A stretch of 61,180 bases of DNA from Bacteroidota bacterium (GCA_046048095.1 JBJOGS010000029.1:1-61180); one strand, 5' to 3'. Counted from the first letter of the stretch, positions 31,936 to 41,225 are shown. Notes: generated by a model not told the origin, from the sequence alone. Program-made: numbers and translations.

Positions 31936-32115
31936 ATGACCCTTGATCGCTTGAATCCTATTCTTTTTGCTGAAATAGCTCGTCGTTTTGAAGGAGTTGC
32001 GACCCGCGTACTTCGCCGCGGAAGGCCCGTTCCTGAGCTGAATCCGCATGAAGAAGACCTCGCCACTTCAGGGATGGATACCATTAAGAATATTGTATTA
32101 GAGATAGAGAAGTAA
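31936..32115 (+). CDS. Candidate 59-aa small protein, below the track's length cutoff
   Basis: My translation: MTLDRLNPILFAEIARRFEGVATRVLRRGRPVPELNPHEEDLATSGMDTIKNIVLEIEK*. It fills an otherwise empty 298-bp gap upstream of rsmI. No homology could be assessed. Confidence 0.35.
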   Translation: MTLDRLNPILFAEIARRFEGVATRVLRRGRPVPELNPHEEDLATSGMDTIKNIVLEIEK

Positions 32116-32132
32116 GCACAATAGTTCGTACG

Positions 32133-32816
32133 ATGCAGGGCAAGCTTTTTGTGGTACCTACTCCGGTCGGAAACCTTTCTGACATGACCTTCAGAGCCAT
32201 TGAAGTACTTCAATCGGCAGACCTTATTTTGGCCGAAGACACCAGAGTATCGGCTAAGCTGCTCCAACATTTTGAGATTCGTACGCCGCTCATCGCACAT
32301 CATCAGCACAACGAGCACCAGACCGTAAGTGGTCTCGTTCGACGCATTAAATCCGGGGACACGTTGGCGCTAGTGAGTGACGCCGGCACACCAGCCATTT
32401 CAGATCCTGGGTACTTACTGGTTAGAGCTTGTGTGCAAGAAGGGGTTGAGGTCGATTGTCTTCCGGGTGCCACAGCATTTGTTCCGGCTTTGGTAAACAG
32501 CGGAATACCATGTGATCGATTTGTATTCGAAGGATTCTTGCCTCCTAAAAAAGGTCGACAGTCGCGCCTAGAAGCTCTTGCAGCAGAAGACCGCACAGTG
32601 ATACTCTATGAATCTCCGCATAAATTGATAAAAACGCTTTCTCAATGCGTTGAGGTGTTCGGTCCAGAGCGCCCCGCCTCCATTTCTAGAGAACTCAGCA
32701 AGAAATTTGAAGAGACCCTCCGTGGATCACTAGCCAATCTAGTCGAACATTTTAGTTCTCATGAGCCTAAAGGCGAATTCGTACTCATCATTGCGGCTGC
32801 AGCTAAAAGTAAGTAG
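32133..32816 (+). CDS. rsmI: 16S rRNA (cytidine1402-2'-O)-methyltransferase
   Basis: LFVVPTPVGNLSDMT N-terminus and the DAGTPAISDPG motif. Confidence 0.93.
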   Translation: MQGKLFVVPTPVGNLSDMTFRAIEVLQSADLILAEDTRVSAKLLQHFEIRTPLIAHHQHNEHQTVSGLVRRIKSGDTLALVSDAGTPAISDPGYLLVRACVQEGVEVDCLPGATAFVPALVNSGIPCDRFVFEGFLPPKKGRQSRLEALAAEDRTVILYESPHKLIKTLSQCVEVFGPERPASISRELSKKFEETLRGSLANLVEHFSSHEPKGEFVLIIAAAAKSK

Positions 32817-32851
32817 ACTGCGTTATCTTTACGTTTCAAACAAACAAAAGA

Positions 32852-33283
32852 ATGGCTACAGAAAATCACATCACTACCGCTTGGAAGGGGGACATGTTGT
32901 TTGAAACAAACAGCTTAACCGGACAGACGTTTTATATTAATGATTCTACCCCTGATGAGGTGCACAAGCCCGTCACTCCAAAAGCGTTGATGCTGTCGTC
33001 TTTGGCCGGATGCTCAGGCTTAGATGTCGTTTCTTTAGCAAAGAAAATGAAGCTTGACTTAGCAGCATTTCGTATTGAGACCAAGGCCACACTTACCGAG
33101 GAACATCCGCGCATTTATGACCGGGTCACCGTAGAATATCATTTCGAAGGAGCGAATCTCAACGAAGAAAAGCTCAAGCGCTGTGTAGAGTTGTCGGTTG
33201 AAAAGTACTGTGGAGTCATGGAGATGTTTAGACAGTTTGCCAAAATAGATGTGCAAACGGTGTTTCATCATAAGTCTTCATAG
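32852..33283 (+). CDS. OsmC family peroxiredoxin-like protein
   Basis: 143 aa with two conserved Cys contexts (SLAGCSGLD, EKYCGV). Confidence 0.8.
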   Translation: MATENHITTAWKGDMLFETNSLTGQTFYINDSTPDEVHKPVTPKALMLSSLAGCSGLDVVSLAKKMKLDLAAFRIETKATLTEEHPRIYDRVTVEYHFEGANLNEEKLKRCVELSVEKYCGVMEMFRQFAKIDVQTVFHHKSS

Positions 33284-34972
33284 ATGCGCTGGATTGAACG
33301 CCCTCATGCCCCTGAGCAGCGTACGGCCCAACTTCACGAAAGCCTCAATCAAGATCCGAAAAAACCTGTGCCCTACTGGGTAAGCCAACTTTTAGTTTCA
33401 CGCCACATAGAAACCTATGAGCAGGCAAAGGATTTTTTTGTTCCGCAATTAGACGCCTTGTACGATCCATTTTTAATGCGCGACATGGATAAGGCGGTCG
33501 AACGCATACAAAAAGCCTTAAGCCAAGGAGAGTCGATTTTGATTTACGGAGATTACGATGTCGACGGCACCACGGCAGTGGCACTGATGTACGAATATTT
33601 ATCGGGTGAAGGTGCGAAAACTGCTTTTTACATTCCAGACCGCTACACTGAGGGCTATGGACTATCTGAGCAAGGAATACGCTTCGCGGACGACAATGCG
33701 TTTTCATTAATTATTGCCTTAGACTGTGGGGTCAAGGCCTTTGATTCGATTGCAATCGCCAATGAACTGGGCATAGATATCATTGTCTGCGACCACCATA
33801 TGCCAGATCCTCAATTGCCTTTGGCTTATGCCATTTTAGATCCGATGCGACCTGACTGCGACTATCCGTTTAAAGGGCTTTGCGGATGCGGAGTGGGGTT
33901 CAAGCTCGTACAAGCTCTCGAGCAAAGGGCTCAAAGAGGATTAACACGCATTGTTCAGTATCTCGACCTGGTGGCTATCGCTATTGGCGCAGACGTGGTT
34001 TCTGTAGCGTCAGAAAATCGCATTTTGGCCTATCATGGGGTAGCGCAGATTAAAAGAAACCCGCGTCCTGGGCTTGCCGCCTTGCTCGGAGAACGGCCAC
34101 TAGAAGATGCCCATTTGAGTGACTTTAACTTTTTAATTGCCCCAAAAATCAATGCTGCAGGACGAATCAAACACGGAGAGCATGCCGTAGCCCTGCTTAC
34201 CTCAAAAGAAAAAGAATTGGCCTACCGGCTCGCCCAAGAGATTGAGGCCTTTAATAAAGAGCGGCGAAGCACAGAGCAGCAGGTTACGTCAGAGGCGTTG
34301 CTTCTAGCTTCGGAAGAAGCTGACCGCGCTTCAACCGTAGTGCGTGCTGCGCACTGGCATAAGGGGGTAATAGGCATTGTAGCTTCTAGATTGCAGTCTA
34401 CGTATTACCGACCCACGATTGTTTTCACCAAGAGCGGATCGCTATGGGCCGCCTCGGCGCGATCAGTAAAAGGATACGACATTCACGCTGCAATTGAAGC
34501 CTGTCAACAGCACCTGATCCAATATGGAGGCCACGCTTTTGCTGCCGGAATTACACTGACCGAAGAACAATACGCCCCCTTTAAAGAGGCATTTGAGACT
34601 CATGTACAGCAGACATTGCGCCCTGAATTGCAAGAGCCCAGTCTGGTCTATGATCTTGAAGTAGATCTAGAGGTATTTGATCTGAAAACTTTTCGGCTAT
34701 TACAGCGTTTTCAGCCTTTTGGGCCAGACAACCAAGAACCTGTTTTTTTACTTCGCCATGTGAGGTTTAATGATTTACAGTGCGTGGGGACCGATCGACA
34801 GCACTTAAAGGGAAGACTCGGTCAATTGCCTGTGATCGGATTTAAGTTAGGTCAGCATTTGCAGATGGCTAAAGATAATCCGGTAGATGCCTTGGTGACG
34901 CTGAGTAGAAATCACTTTAATGATCGGGCTACGCTGCAACTGCAGCTCAAAGATGTAAGGCCAGTCCTCTAG
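33284..34972 (+). CDS. recJ: Single-stranded-DNA-specific exonuclease RecJ
   Basis: DHH-family motifs (GDYDVDG, CDHHMP, GGHAFAAG). Confidence 0.93.
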   Translation: MRWIERPHAPEQRTAQLHESLNQDPKKPVPYWVSQLLVSRHIETYEQAKDFFVPQLDALYDPFLMRDMDKAVERIQKALSQGESILIYGDYDVDGTTAVALMYEYLSGEGAKTAFYIPDRYTEGYGLSEQGIRFADDNAFSLIIALDCGVKAFDSIAIANELGIDIIVCDHHMPDPQLPLAYAILDPMRPDCDYPFKGLCGCGVGFKLVQALEQRAQRGLTRIVQYLDLVAIAIGADVVSVASENRILAYHGVAQIKRNPRPGLAALLGERPLEDAHLSDFNFLIAPKINAAGRIKHGEHAVALLTSKEKELAYRLAQEIEAFNKERRSTEQQVTSEALLLASEEADRASTVVRAAHWHKGVIGIVASRLQSTYYRPTIVFTKSGSLWAASARSVKGYDIHAAIEACQQHLIQYGGHAFAAGITLTEEQYAPFKEAFETHVQQTLRPELQEPSLVYDLEVDLEVFDLKTFRLLQRFQPFGPDNQEPVFLLRHVRFNDLQCVGTDRQHLKGRLGQLPVIGFKLGQHLQMAKDNPVDALVTLSRNHFNDRATLQLQLKDVRPVL

Positions 34973-35748
34973 TATTCAGGAATGTCTAGGGCACCAAGGC
35001 TTTCTAATCGAAATCCTTTTTCGTCAAGAACCCCATAGGTGTCATAGCTGATCCAATCTCCGGTGTTAAAGTAATGGGCATTTTTTGAGAGGCTGACCTT
35101 CATCGGATAGTGGCGATGACCAAAGACAAAGCAGTCAAAGTCTTTGGTTTCGAGTTGGCGCTCGCAATAGGCAATGAGCCATTCGTTTTCACGGCCCTTA
35201 AACGAGTGGTCTTCGCTTCCTGAAATCAGACGGTTATTTAGGGAGAGTTTTCGGCCTAAACGCACAGCATAATTGGGGTGTAATTTACTAAATGCCCATT
35301 TTGCCAGTGGATTCGTAAAGAGCTTTTTCATTCGCTTGTAGCCTTTGTCGTTGGGGCCTAACCCATCCCCGTGCCCAATGAGTAGCTTTTGACCATGAAT
35401 GTGAAAGGCCTGCGGCTTGCGGTACACCGGAATTCCGAGTTCGGTCTCAAAGTAGTCGGTCATCCACAGGTCGTGATTTCCCACAAAGAAATAAATCTGA
35501 ATGCCTTGGTCACGCATTTTAGCCAGGGTGCCTAATACGCGAACAAATCCGCGAGGTACCACTTCTTTGTATTCAAACCAAAAGTCAAAAAGGTCGCCAA
35601 GCAGAAATAAAACTTCGGTTTGAGGGGTGATCGCATCGAGCCAAGCGACAAAGCGGTCTTCTCGGCTGCGACTGTCGTTTCTGTTAGGTGCTCCGAGATG
35701 CTGGTCACTCGCGAAAAACACAGATTTGTCAGTGGCGATGGTCACCAT
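34969..35748 (-). CDS. lpxH: UDP-2,3-diacylglucosamine diphosphatase
   Basis: Calcineurin-like metallophosphoesterase motifs SDQHLG, GDLFDFW and GNHD. Confidence 0.8.
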   Translation of the reverse strand: MVTIATDKSVFFASDQHLGAPNRNDSRSREDRFVAWLDAITPQTEVLFLLGDLFDFWFEYKEVVPRGFVRVLGTLAKMRDQGIQIYFFVGNHDLWMTDYFETELGIPVYRKPQAFHIHGQKLLIGHGDGLGPNDKGYKRMKKLFTNPLAKWAFSKLHPNYAVRLGRKLSLNNRLISGSEDHSFKGRENEWLIAYCERQLETKDFDCFVFGHRHYPMKVSLSKNAHYFNTGDWISYDTYGVLDEKGFRLESLGALDIPEY

Positions 35749-35751
35749 AGG

Positions 35752-36510
35752 CTAGGTTCGATGTTTAAAGCCGTTAATGATCTCTTGGGCTTCTTTGGTT
35801 AAAGCCAGCTCGCCAGAGGCTGCAGCCCGCGTATAGAGTAAATCTTCCCAATGATCGGTGCCTTCCCAAAGTGCTGTTTTAAGTGCTGAAAGCGCCGAAG
35901 GACTATAAGAAGTTAGTTCAAAACAGAGCGCTTCAATCGCCTGATCCATATGGGCATGCGTTGAATATACCGATTGGTATAATTTATGATTTTGTGCCCA
36001 TTCGGCTGATTTCCATTCTTTAGGGTGCAATGCGAATTCAGCCATGGCGCCAACCCCAATTTTTCGAGTCACAGCAGGCTCTATGACCAGCGGGGCAATG
36101 CCGATGCCTATTTCTGAAAGTTTGATACTGGCCGCTTCGGTGGCGATGGCATAATCACAAGCTGCGATAAGTCCTACCCCACCACCAACCGCTTTAGCTT
36201 GAATGCGTCCAATCACAATCGCTTTCGAACGGCGGATGGCTAAGATCACATGCGCAAATCCACTAAAAAAGGCCTTGGCTTCTGCTTGGCTTGATAGCGC
36301 TAAGAGCTGATCAAAATTGGCCCCAGCGCAAAACACCCGATCGCCTTCTGACTGTAATACAATGATGCTGACCCCTTTTGACTCTAATGATTCAATGGCC
36401 TTGGCTAACGCTTTAAGCAATTCGAGGGTCATGGCATTACTCGACGCATGTCCGAAGGTGATGCGTGCAACACTCTGGTCGATTTTGGTATGTAACGTAT
36501 AGTCGCTCAT
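35752..36510 (-). CDS. Enoyl-CoA hydratase/isomerase (crotonase) family protein
   Basis: FCAGANF and GGGVGL oxyanion-hole-type motifs. Confidence 0.8.
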   Translation of the reverse strand: MSDYTLHTKIDQSVARITFGHASSNAMTLELLKALAKAIESLESKGVSIIVLQSEGDRVFCAGANFDQLLALSSQAEAKAFFSGFAHVILAIRRSKAIVIGRIQAKAVGGGVGLIAACDYAIATEAASIKLSEIGIGIAPLVIEPAVTRKIGVGAMAEFALHPKEWKSAEWAQNHKLYQSVYSTHAHMDQAIEALCFELTSYSPSALSALKTALWEGTDHWEDLLYTRAAASGELALTKEAQEIINGFKHRT

Positions 36511-36532
36511 TCAGTCAAAGGTACTGTTTGAT

Positions 36533-37033
36533 TTAAAATACCAACTCATAGCAATGAAAGGGGTGCTCGCTTTTTTGCTCGAAGTACACATCACCAAGCT
36601 TTTGGTAGCCCCTGGCCTCATAGATTTTTTGGTTTCTTTTATTTTTAGAGAATGTGTCGAGTCGAACAGAGAGGCAGTTCTGTGTTTTGAGCAAATCTTC
36701 GGCATAGTCGAGCAGTTTGCGCGCATAGCCTTTGCCTTGAAATGATGGGTGAACACAGAGACGATGCAGGTATCCGTTTTTGGTAGAGGGAGTGAGCCAA
36801 TTGATCTGGCGATAAAAATCGTCCATATGTGTTGAAATAACTACGGCACCGCGCACTTCGCCTTCTTCTTCAATCACAAAAAGTTCTTCATGATGTACGT
36901 CCTTTTCAAAGGCTTCTAAAGATGGATAGTTTTCGTTCCACTGAAAAATTCCTTCGCCAATCATGTGGCGCGCGCAGGCTCTGGTGATACTTAATACAGG
37001 TTGAATATCATTGTGTAGGGCCTTGCGAATCAT
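36533..37033 (-). CDS. GNAT family N-acetyltransferase
   Basis: HPSFQGKGYARKLL acetyl-CoA binding motif (Q/RxxGxG/A). Confidence 0.8.
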   Translation of the reverse strand: MIRKALHNDIQPVLSITRACARHMIGEGIFQWNENYPSLEAFEKDVHHEELFVIEEEGEVRGAVVISTHMDDFYRQINWLTPSTKNGYLHRLCVHPSFQGKGYARKLLDYAEDLLKTQNCLSVRLDTFSKNKRNQKIYEARGYQKLGDVYFEQKSEHPFHCYELVF

Positions 37034-37121
37034 TGAAGCGCTGCGAGTTTAATCTATAAGATTCAAAAATAACGATATGTTAAAAGGTTACGATCTATAT
37101 TTAGAACTTAAAAACCTAACT

Positions 37122-37787
37122 ATGAGCTTTAAGCGTGCACTTTGGACCCTATTTTTTATGCTATTCATAGCGTTTTCTCACGCCCAATTCGGCATCATTC
37201 CGAAGGCCTCGACCTACGGATTCGGTGCAGACCTGGGCTATCGCCTCAACGACAAGCTGCTGCTTAAGGCCGGATACGACAGTTTTTCATTCAACTTCGA
37301 CACTACCCTTGACCAAGAATCGGTCATCGTGGGCTTAAACGGCGCCATTGAAAACGCCTCGCTAGGAGCCTATGTCGACTACCAACTCGCGGGCAAACTC
37401 TACCTCAGTGTAGGGGTAATAGACGGAGGCCTCAGCTCAACAGTCAGTGGACGCTCACTCAGCGACTACCAGTGGGGAGACGTCACCATCCCCAGTAGCC
37501 AGCTCGGCACGCTCACTTTTAACGTAGCCCCCAAAAACAGCCTACTGCCCTATGTGGGGCTAGGTCTGGGCAAACTCTTAAACGGAGAGAAGACCATCAA
37601 CTTCGCCCTAGAGGTCGGAGCCATTAACCTAGGAGGCAGCGATGTCGATGTAGATGCCACCGGAGCCTTCGCCCCCAGTGCGAGCAACTCAGCTTTCTAT
37701 CAGCAAGAAAACCTCAACGCCATCTTTGACCTCTTGCAGTGGTACCCCATTGTGAAGTTCAACCTGGCCATCAATCTCATCAAATAA
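37122..37787 (+). CDS. Small outer-membrane beta-barrel-like protein, function unknown
   Basis: Signal peptide ending FSHAQ. Alternating Gly/aromatic-rich strands and a C-terminal aromatic-rich strand. Start moved to ATG 37122. Confidence 0.55.
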   Translation: MSFKRALWTLFFMLFIAFSHAQFGIIPKASTYGFGADLGYRLNDKLLLKAGYDSFSFNFDTTLDQESVIVGLNGAIENASLGAYVDYQLAGKLYLSVGVIDGGLSSTVSGRSLSDYQWGDVTIPSSQLGTLTFNVAPKNSLLPYVGLGLGKLLNGEKTINFALEVGAINLGGSDVDVDATGAFAPSASNSAFYQQENLNAIFDLLQWYPIVKFNLAINLIK

Positions 37788-37798
37788 GCTCAACTATC

Positions 37799-39406
37799 AT
37801 GAAATTCATTCAACGCCTTACCCTACTCTCAAGCATCACCTTATTAGCGGTTGCCTGCGATCTGCAGCAAACCTTCGATGAGCGCATCGACGACAAACAG
37901 TTACTGGTGCTCACCCCCGACTTTGCAGACACCTCGGTACAGCTGGTCTTTAGAGACCCTGAGACCCTGGCTGTTTTAGATGAAGATTTTGAAGTGACGG
38001 TCTACGCCAACAAGCGTCTAGTCGACCTCAACGGAAACTACAAGAACGAGTTCATCGCCCGAGGAGGAGTCATGGAGTTCTCGGTGAGTCCAGAAGAAAC
38101 CGTGTCTGAGAGTGATCCGCTAGAGATCTCTGTTTATGCCTTATCTAAAGACCAGACCAAGATTATTTATTATGAAGATGTTTTAGTTCAGAAAAAGGGA
38201 TTTAATAATGTGCCTTTGACTCAAAATAATATTCCCGATTTAAGTGAAATCGAAGGCTTGAGTCAAGGATATAAAATGATTGATGAAGTAACAAAATCTG
38301 TTGAAGAGCCGCGTTTAGAATTGAGCGTTAATGGTAGGACTCACAACAATGGCAATTTTTTTTTAGTTTCTAATGGTTATTACATTTATAGACATAGTTA
38401 TTTTAACAAATATTATTCCGATGCTTTCTATGTGTTTTCTGGAGCTCCAGAGGATAATACACATATAGCAGTATTTGGTCCTACTTATCTTACTAATTAT
38501 GACATTGAGTTCTTTTACAGGGATCAGAACGGTAATAAATTCAAGATATCTTTTGATGATAAAGGGCTCTATTCAAAGACCCGTTATTATGGGCCAGAAC
38601 TTGACTATAAGAAAGAGGTTATTGAGAAACGACAATTAGATAGCTTTAATGACGGCGTTACAGTGCCGAGTGTATGGGATATACAAGATCTTTGGCTCTT
38701 TTGGCATACAATAGAAGATTACGCTGTATGTAAAAATGGATTTTATGTACAATTTGAAGGATTAGAATCCGGGGACACGGCTAGTCTTCTTTATCGAGGA
38801 ATTAGAAATTTTGATAACAAAGCTTTTATGGTGTCGGCTGCGAATATTAATACCACTAATAACTCGGCATTTTCTTTGGAATATTTAGATCATCATATTA
38901 TAGGCACAAGAGGTGGTCACCGCCTCGAGTTCGCTGGAAATTCACAATACATTATCGAACCTCAGGTGATTGAATTAGGAGGCGAAGAATTATGCGGCAA
39001 CACCTATACCGTTCGGCTGAAACGCAGAGATACCTTCAAAAAACACCAGATAAACCTTAGTATGCGCAACGAAAGCCAAAACGTGGGTCTTGCCCTGACT
39101 TTTTCTGCTTTGTTGCGAAAACAAGGCCAGAGTGATGCAGCGTGGGAATCGGTTAATTTCAAACAAGGATCGACCTCGGTGTACCTTGAAGAAGGAAGCA
39201 CCTACGAGGTGAAGCTCACCCTTGCCGACGAGCCCTTCGAGTTCACCTTTACCAACGATCTTTCACTGGTAGAGGCTGCGGTGCAAGCCACCAAGAGAAA
39301 CGTGACCCGTATTAAAGATATTAACTACCGCATTGAACAATCCGCCGACATGAATACCATTAATGCTGAAATTGTGTTCTTCGAGGGACAGAGCTTAATT
39401 GATTAA
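37799..39406 (+). CDS. Lipoprotein of unknown function with a compositionally foreign central segment
   Basis: Lipobox LLAVAC after MKFIQRLTLLSSIT (ATG 37799). Continuous ORF with no recognisable domains. Confidence 0.6.
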   Translation: MKFIQRLTLLSSITLLAVACDLQQTFDERIDDKQLLVLTPDFADTSVQLVFRDPETLAVLDEDFEVTVYANKRLVDLNGNYKNEFIARGGVMEFSVSPEETVSESDPLEISVYALSKDQTKIIYYEDVLVQKKGFNNVPLTQNNIPDLSEIEGLSQGYKMIDEVTKSVEEPRLELSVNGRTHNNGNFFLVSNGYYIYRHSYFNKYYSDAFYVFSGAPEDNTHIAVFGPTYLTNYDIEFFYRDQNGNKFKISFDDKGLYSKTRYYGPELDYKKEVIEKRQLDSFNDGVTVPSVWDIQDLWLFWHTIEDYAVCKNGFYVQFEGLESGDTASLLYRGIRNFDNKAFMVSAANINTTNNSAFSLEYLDHHIIGTRGGHRLEFAGNSQYIIEPQVIELGGEELCGNTYTVRLKRRDTFKKHQINLSMRNESQNVGLALTFSALLRKQGQSDAAWESVNFKQGSTSVYLEEGSTYEVKLTLADEPFEFTFTNDLSLVEAAVQATKRNVTRIKDINYRIEQSADMNTINAEIVFFEGQSLID

Positions 39407-39445
39407 AGGTTAAATAAGCTTTTTTACTATCTTGCGCCCTCTTTA

Positions 39446-39519
39446 GGGGGATTAGCTCAGTTGGCTAGAGCGCTTGCCTGGCAGGCAAGAGGTCACCGGT
39501 TCGAATCCGGTATTCTCCA
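39446..39519 (+). tRNA. tRNA-Ala (anticodon GGC)
   Basis: Folded by hand into a 74-nt cloverleaf. Acceptor GGGGGAU/AUUCUCC includes the G3:U70 alanine identity pair. Anticodon loop CUGGCAG, T-loop UUCGAAU. CCA is not encoded. Confidence 0.95.
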
Positions 39520-39536
39520 CATTAAAGCACAAGCAA

Positions 39537-39570
39537 ACACGGCCCCGATAGGGGCCGTGTTTTTTGTTTT
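39537..39570 (+). terminator. Rho-independent terminator after tRNA-Ala
   Basis: 10-bp stem, acacggcccc (39537-39546) / ggggccgtgt (39551-39560), with loop gata, followed by tttttgtttt. Confidence 0.75.
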
Positions 39571-39599
39571 ATTCGCGTGGTAAGCTTGCTTAACTAAGC

Positions 39600-39631
39600 G
39601 TACTAAAACAAAAAACACTTACTGCGCGCTA
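39600..39631 (+). repeat. Direct repeat, copy 1 (32 nt)
   Basis: gtactaaaacaaaaaacacTtactgcgcgcta matches 39711-39742 at 31 of 32 positions. Confidence 0.8.
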
Positions 39632-39710
39632 GCGCAGGTGTTTGCGCAGTATTTTCAGGATTGGAGCGATCCGGCTCAGCGCCACTGTAGGTGGTGCTAA
39701 TCCGGTGAGT

Positions 39711-39742
39711 GTACTAAAACAAAAAACACCTACTGCGCGCTA
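39711..39742 (+). repeat. Direct repeat, copy 2 (32 nt)
   Basis: gtactaaaacaaaaaacacCtactgcgcgcta lies 111 nt downstream of copy 1. Confidence 0.8.
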
Positions 39743-39791
39743 TTCGTAGTCATCTAAAAGTCAGTATCTTAAACGGATAAAACGTCTTAAG

Positions 39792-41192
39792 ATGCATGAC
39801 CGTAGAACCTTTATCAAGCGCGGCGCCGCTGGATTAGCGCTGGCGAGTAGTTCGTTTGTTTTTCCGATGGAGTTGTTGGGCAAAATGCGCACCAAAGTAG
39901 GGGCAAATGATCGCCTAAATATCGGGGTAATTGGGTGTAACGGGATGGGTTTTTCAGATCTCACTTCGATACTTAAACAAAGCGAGGTTCATGTTATTGC
40001 CCTTTGTGATGTAGACCAGACAGTTTTAGAAAAGCGCACTCGTGATCTTCAAGAGGCGGGTATTAAAAAGCCAAGATGGTACACCGATTACCGTAAGTTA
40101 TTAGAGAATAAAGATGTTGATGCGGTGATTATTGCAACCCCAGACCATTGGCACTGCTTGCAACTGATGGATGCGATAAGTGCTGGCAAGGATGTGTATT
40201 GTGAAAAGCCAATTGCCAATTCGATTCAAGAGGCCGACCTGATGCTTCAAGGGGTAGCTGCAAGTGATCGTATGGTTCAGGTGGGTCAGTGGCAACGAAG
40301 TCAACCTCATTTTGCTGATGCCATATCCCAGGTGCATTCTGGTGTTTTGGGCGAAATTAGACTCGTCAAGGCATGGGCTTATCAGGGATGGATGAAACCG
40401 GTTTCTGTTTTACCAAATTCAGCTGTTCCAAATGGGGTCGACTATAAGATGTGGCTAGGTCCGGCACCTTTTCGGGAATTTAATCCGAATCGCTTTCATT
40501 TCAATTTTAGATGGTTTTGGGATTATGCCGGGGGGCTCATGACTGACTGGGGTGTACACCTTATTGACTATGCATTGTATGGGATGAAGGCTACAACTCC
40601 GAACTCGGTGATGGCATTGGGCGGAAAGTTTGCTTATCCAGACGACGCCTCTGAGACGCCAGACACCTTGCAAGCCGTATATGAATTCGATGGATTTTCT
40701 TTGTTGTGGGAGCATGCGACCGGGATTGACGGAGGCAATTACGGAAGAGATCATGGCATTGCCTTCATCGGCAACCAAGGCACGTTAGTGTTAGACCGTA
40801 ACGGCTGGGAGGTCATTCCTGAAAGAGAATTTCAAGGCTGGGGTAAAGAAGGGATTCCAAAAATGGAGGCGATGCGTTTCGATACAGGCGGATTTAGTGG
40901 CTTAGACCTTCACACCAAGAATTTCGTAGAGGCCACAAAAAGTAGAGACCGCACTATGCTTGCCGCCCCTATTGAAGTAGGCCATACCGCAGCTCTAGTG
41001 TCTCATATGGGTAATATCGCATATAAAACAGGGCAACGAGTCTATTGGGATACAGATAGGGCGCGTTTTGCGGACGACGCCGCTAATCTTTTGATGAAGG
41101 CTAATTACAGCAATGGATGGGAGCTTCCCACATTATTTAATGATCAATATTTAGCGGGTGCGCTAACTATGACATCGGTCAAGATTGCCTAG
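39792..41192 (+). CDS. Gfo/Idh/MocA family oxidoreductase with a twin-arginine (Tat) signal
   Basis: MHDRRTFIKRGAAGLALASS Tat motif. Rossmann motif IGVIGCNGMG. EKP motif (CEKPIA). Confidence 0.85.
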   Translation: MHDRRTFIKRGAAGLALASSSFVFPMELLGKMRTKVGANDRLNIGVIGCNGMGFSDLTSILKQSEVHVIALCDVDQTVLEKRTRDLQEAGIKKPRWYTDYRKLLENKDVDAVIIATPDHWHCLQLMDAISAGKDVYCEKPIANSIQEADLMLQGVAASDRMVQVGQWQRSQPHFADAISQVHSGVLGEIRLVKAWAYQGWMKPVSVLPNSAVPNGVDYKMWLGPAPFREFNPNRFHFNFRWFWDYAGGLMTDWGVHLIDYALYGMKATTPNSVMALGGKFAYPDDASETPDTLQAVYEFDGFSLLWEHATGIDGGNYGRDHGIAFIGNQGTLVLDRNGWEVIPEREFQGWGKEGIPKMEAMRFDTGGFSGLDLHTKNFVEATKSRDRTMLAAPIEVGHTAALVSHMGNIAYKTGQRVYWDTDRARFADDAANLLMKANYSNGWELPTLFNDQYLAGALTMTSVKIA

Positions 41193-41225
41193 AGGTAGAG
41201 AAGAATAGAAGCACAGCGCCCTTTT

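Noticed and set aside
31905-32318. 137-aa minus-strand ORF spanning the tdk-rsmI gap
   Set aside because: It overlaps the well-supported rsmI start by about 185 nt. The sequence is atypical (MLVVLMMCDERRTN..., Arg/Ser-rich). It is most likely a shadow ORF; the plus-strand 59-codon ORF explains the gap better.
39671-39710. Cobalamin-riboswitch-like strings (GCCACTG, GGTGCTAATCCGGTGAG)
   Set aside because: The motifs occur in the wrong order relative to the B12 riboswitch core. The remaining conserved elements are missing. The downstream gene is not B12-related.
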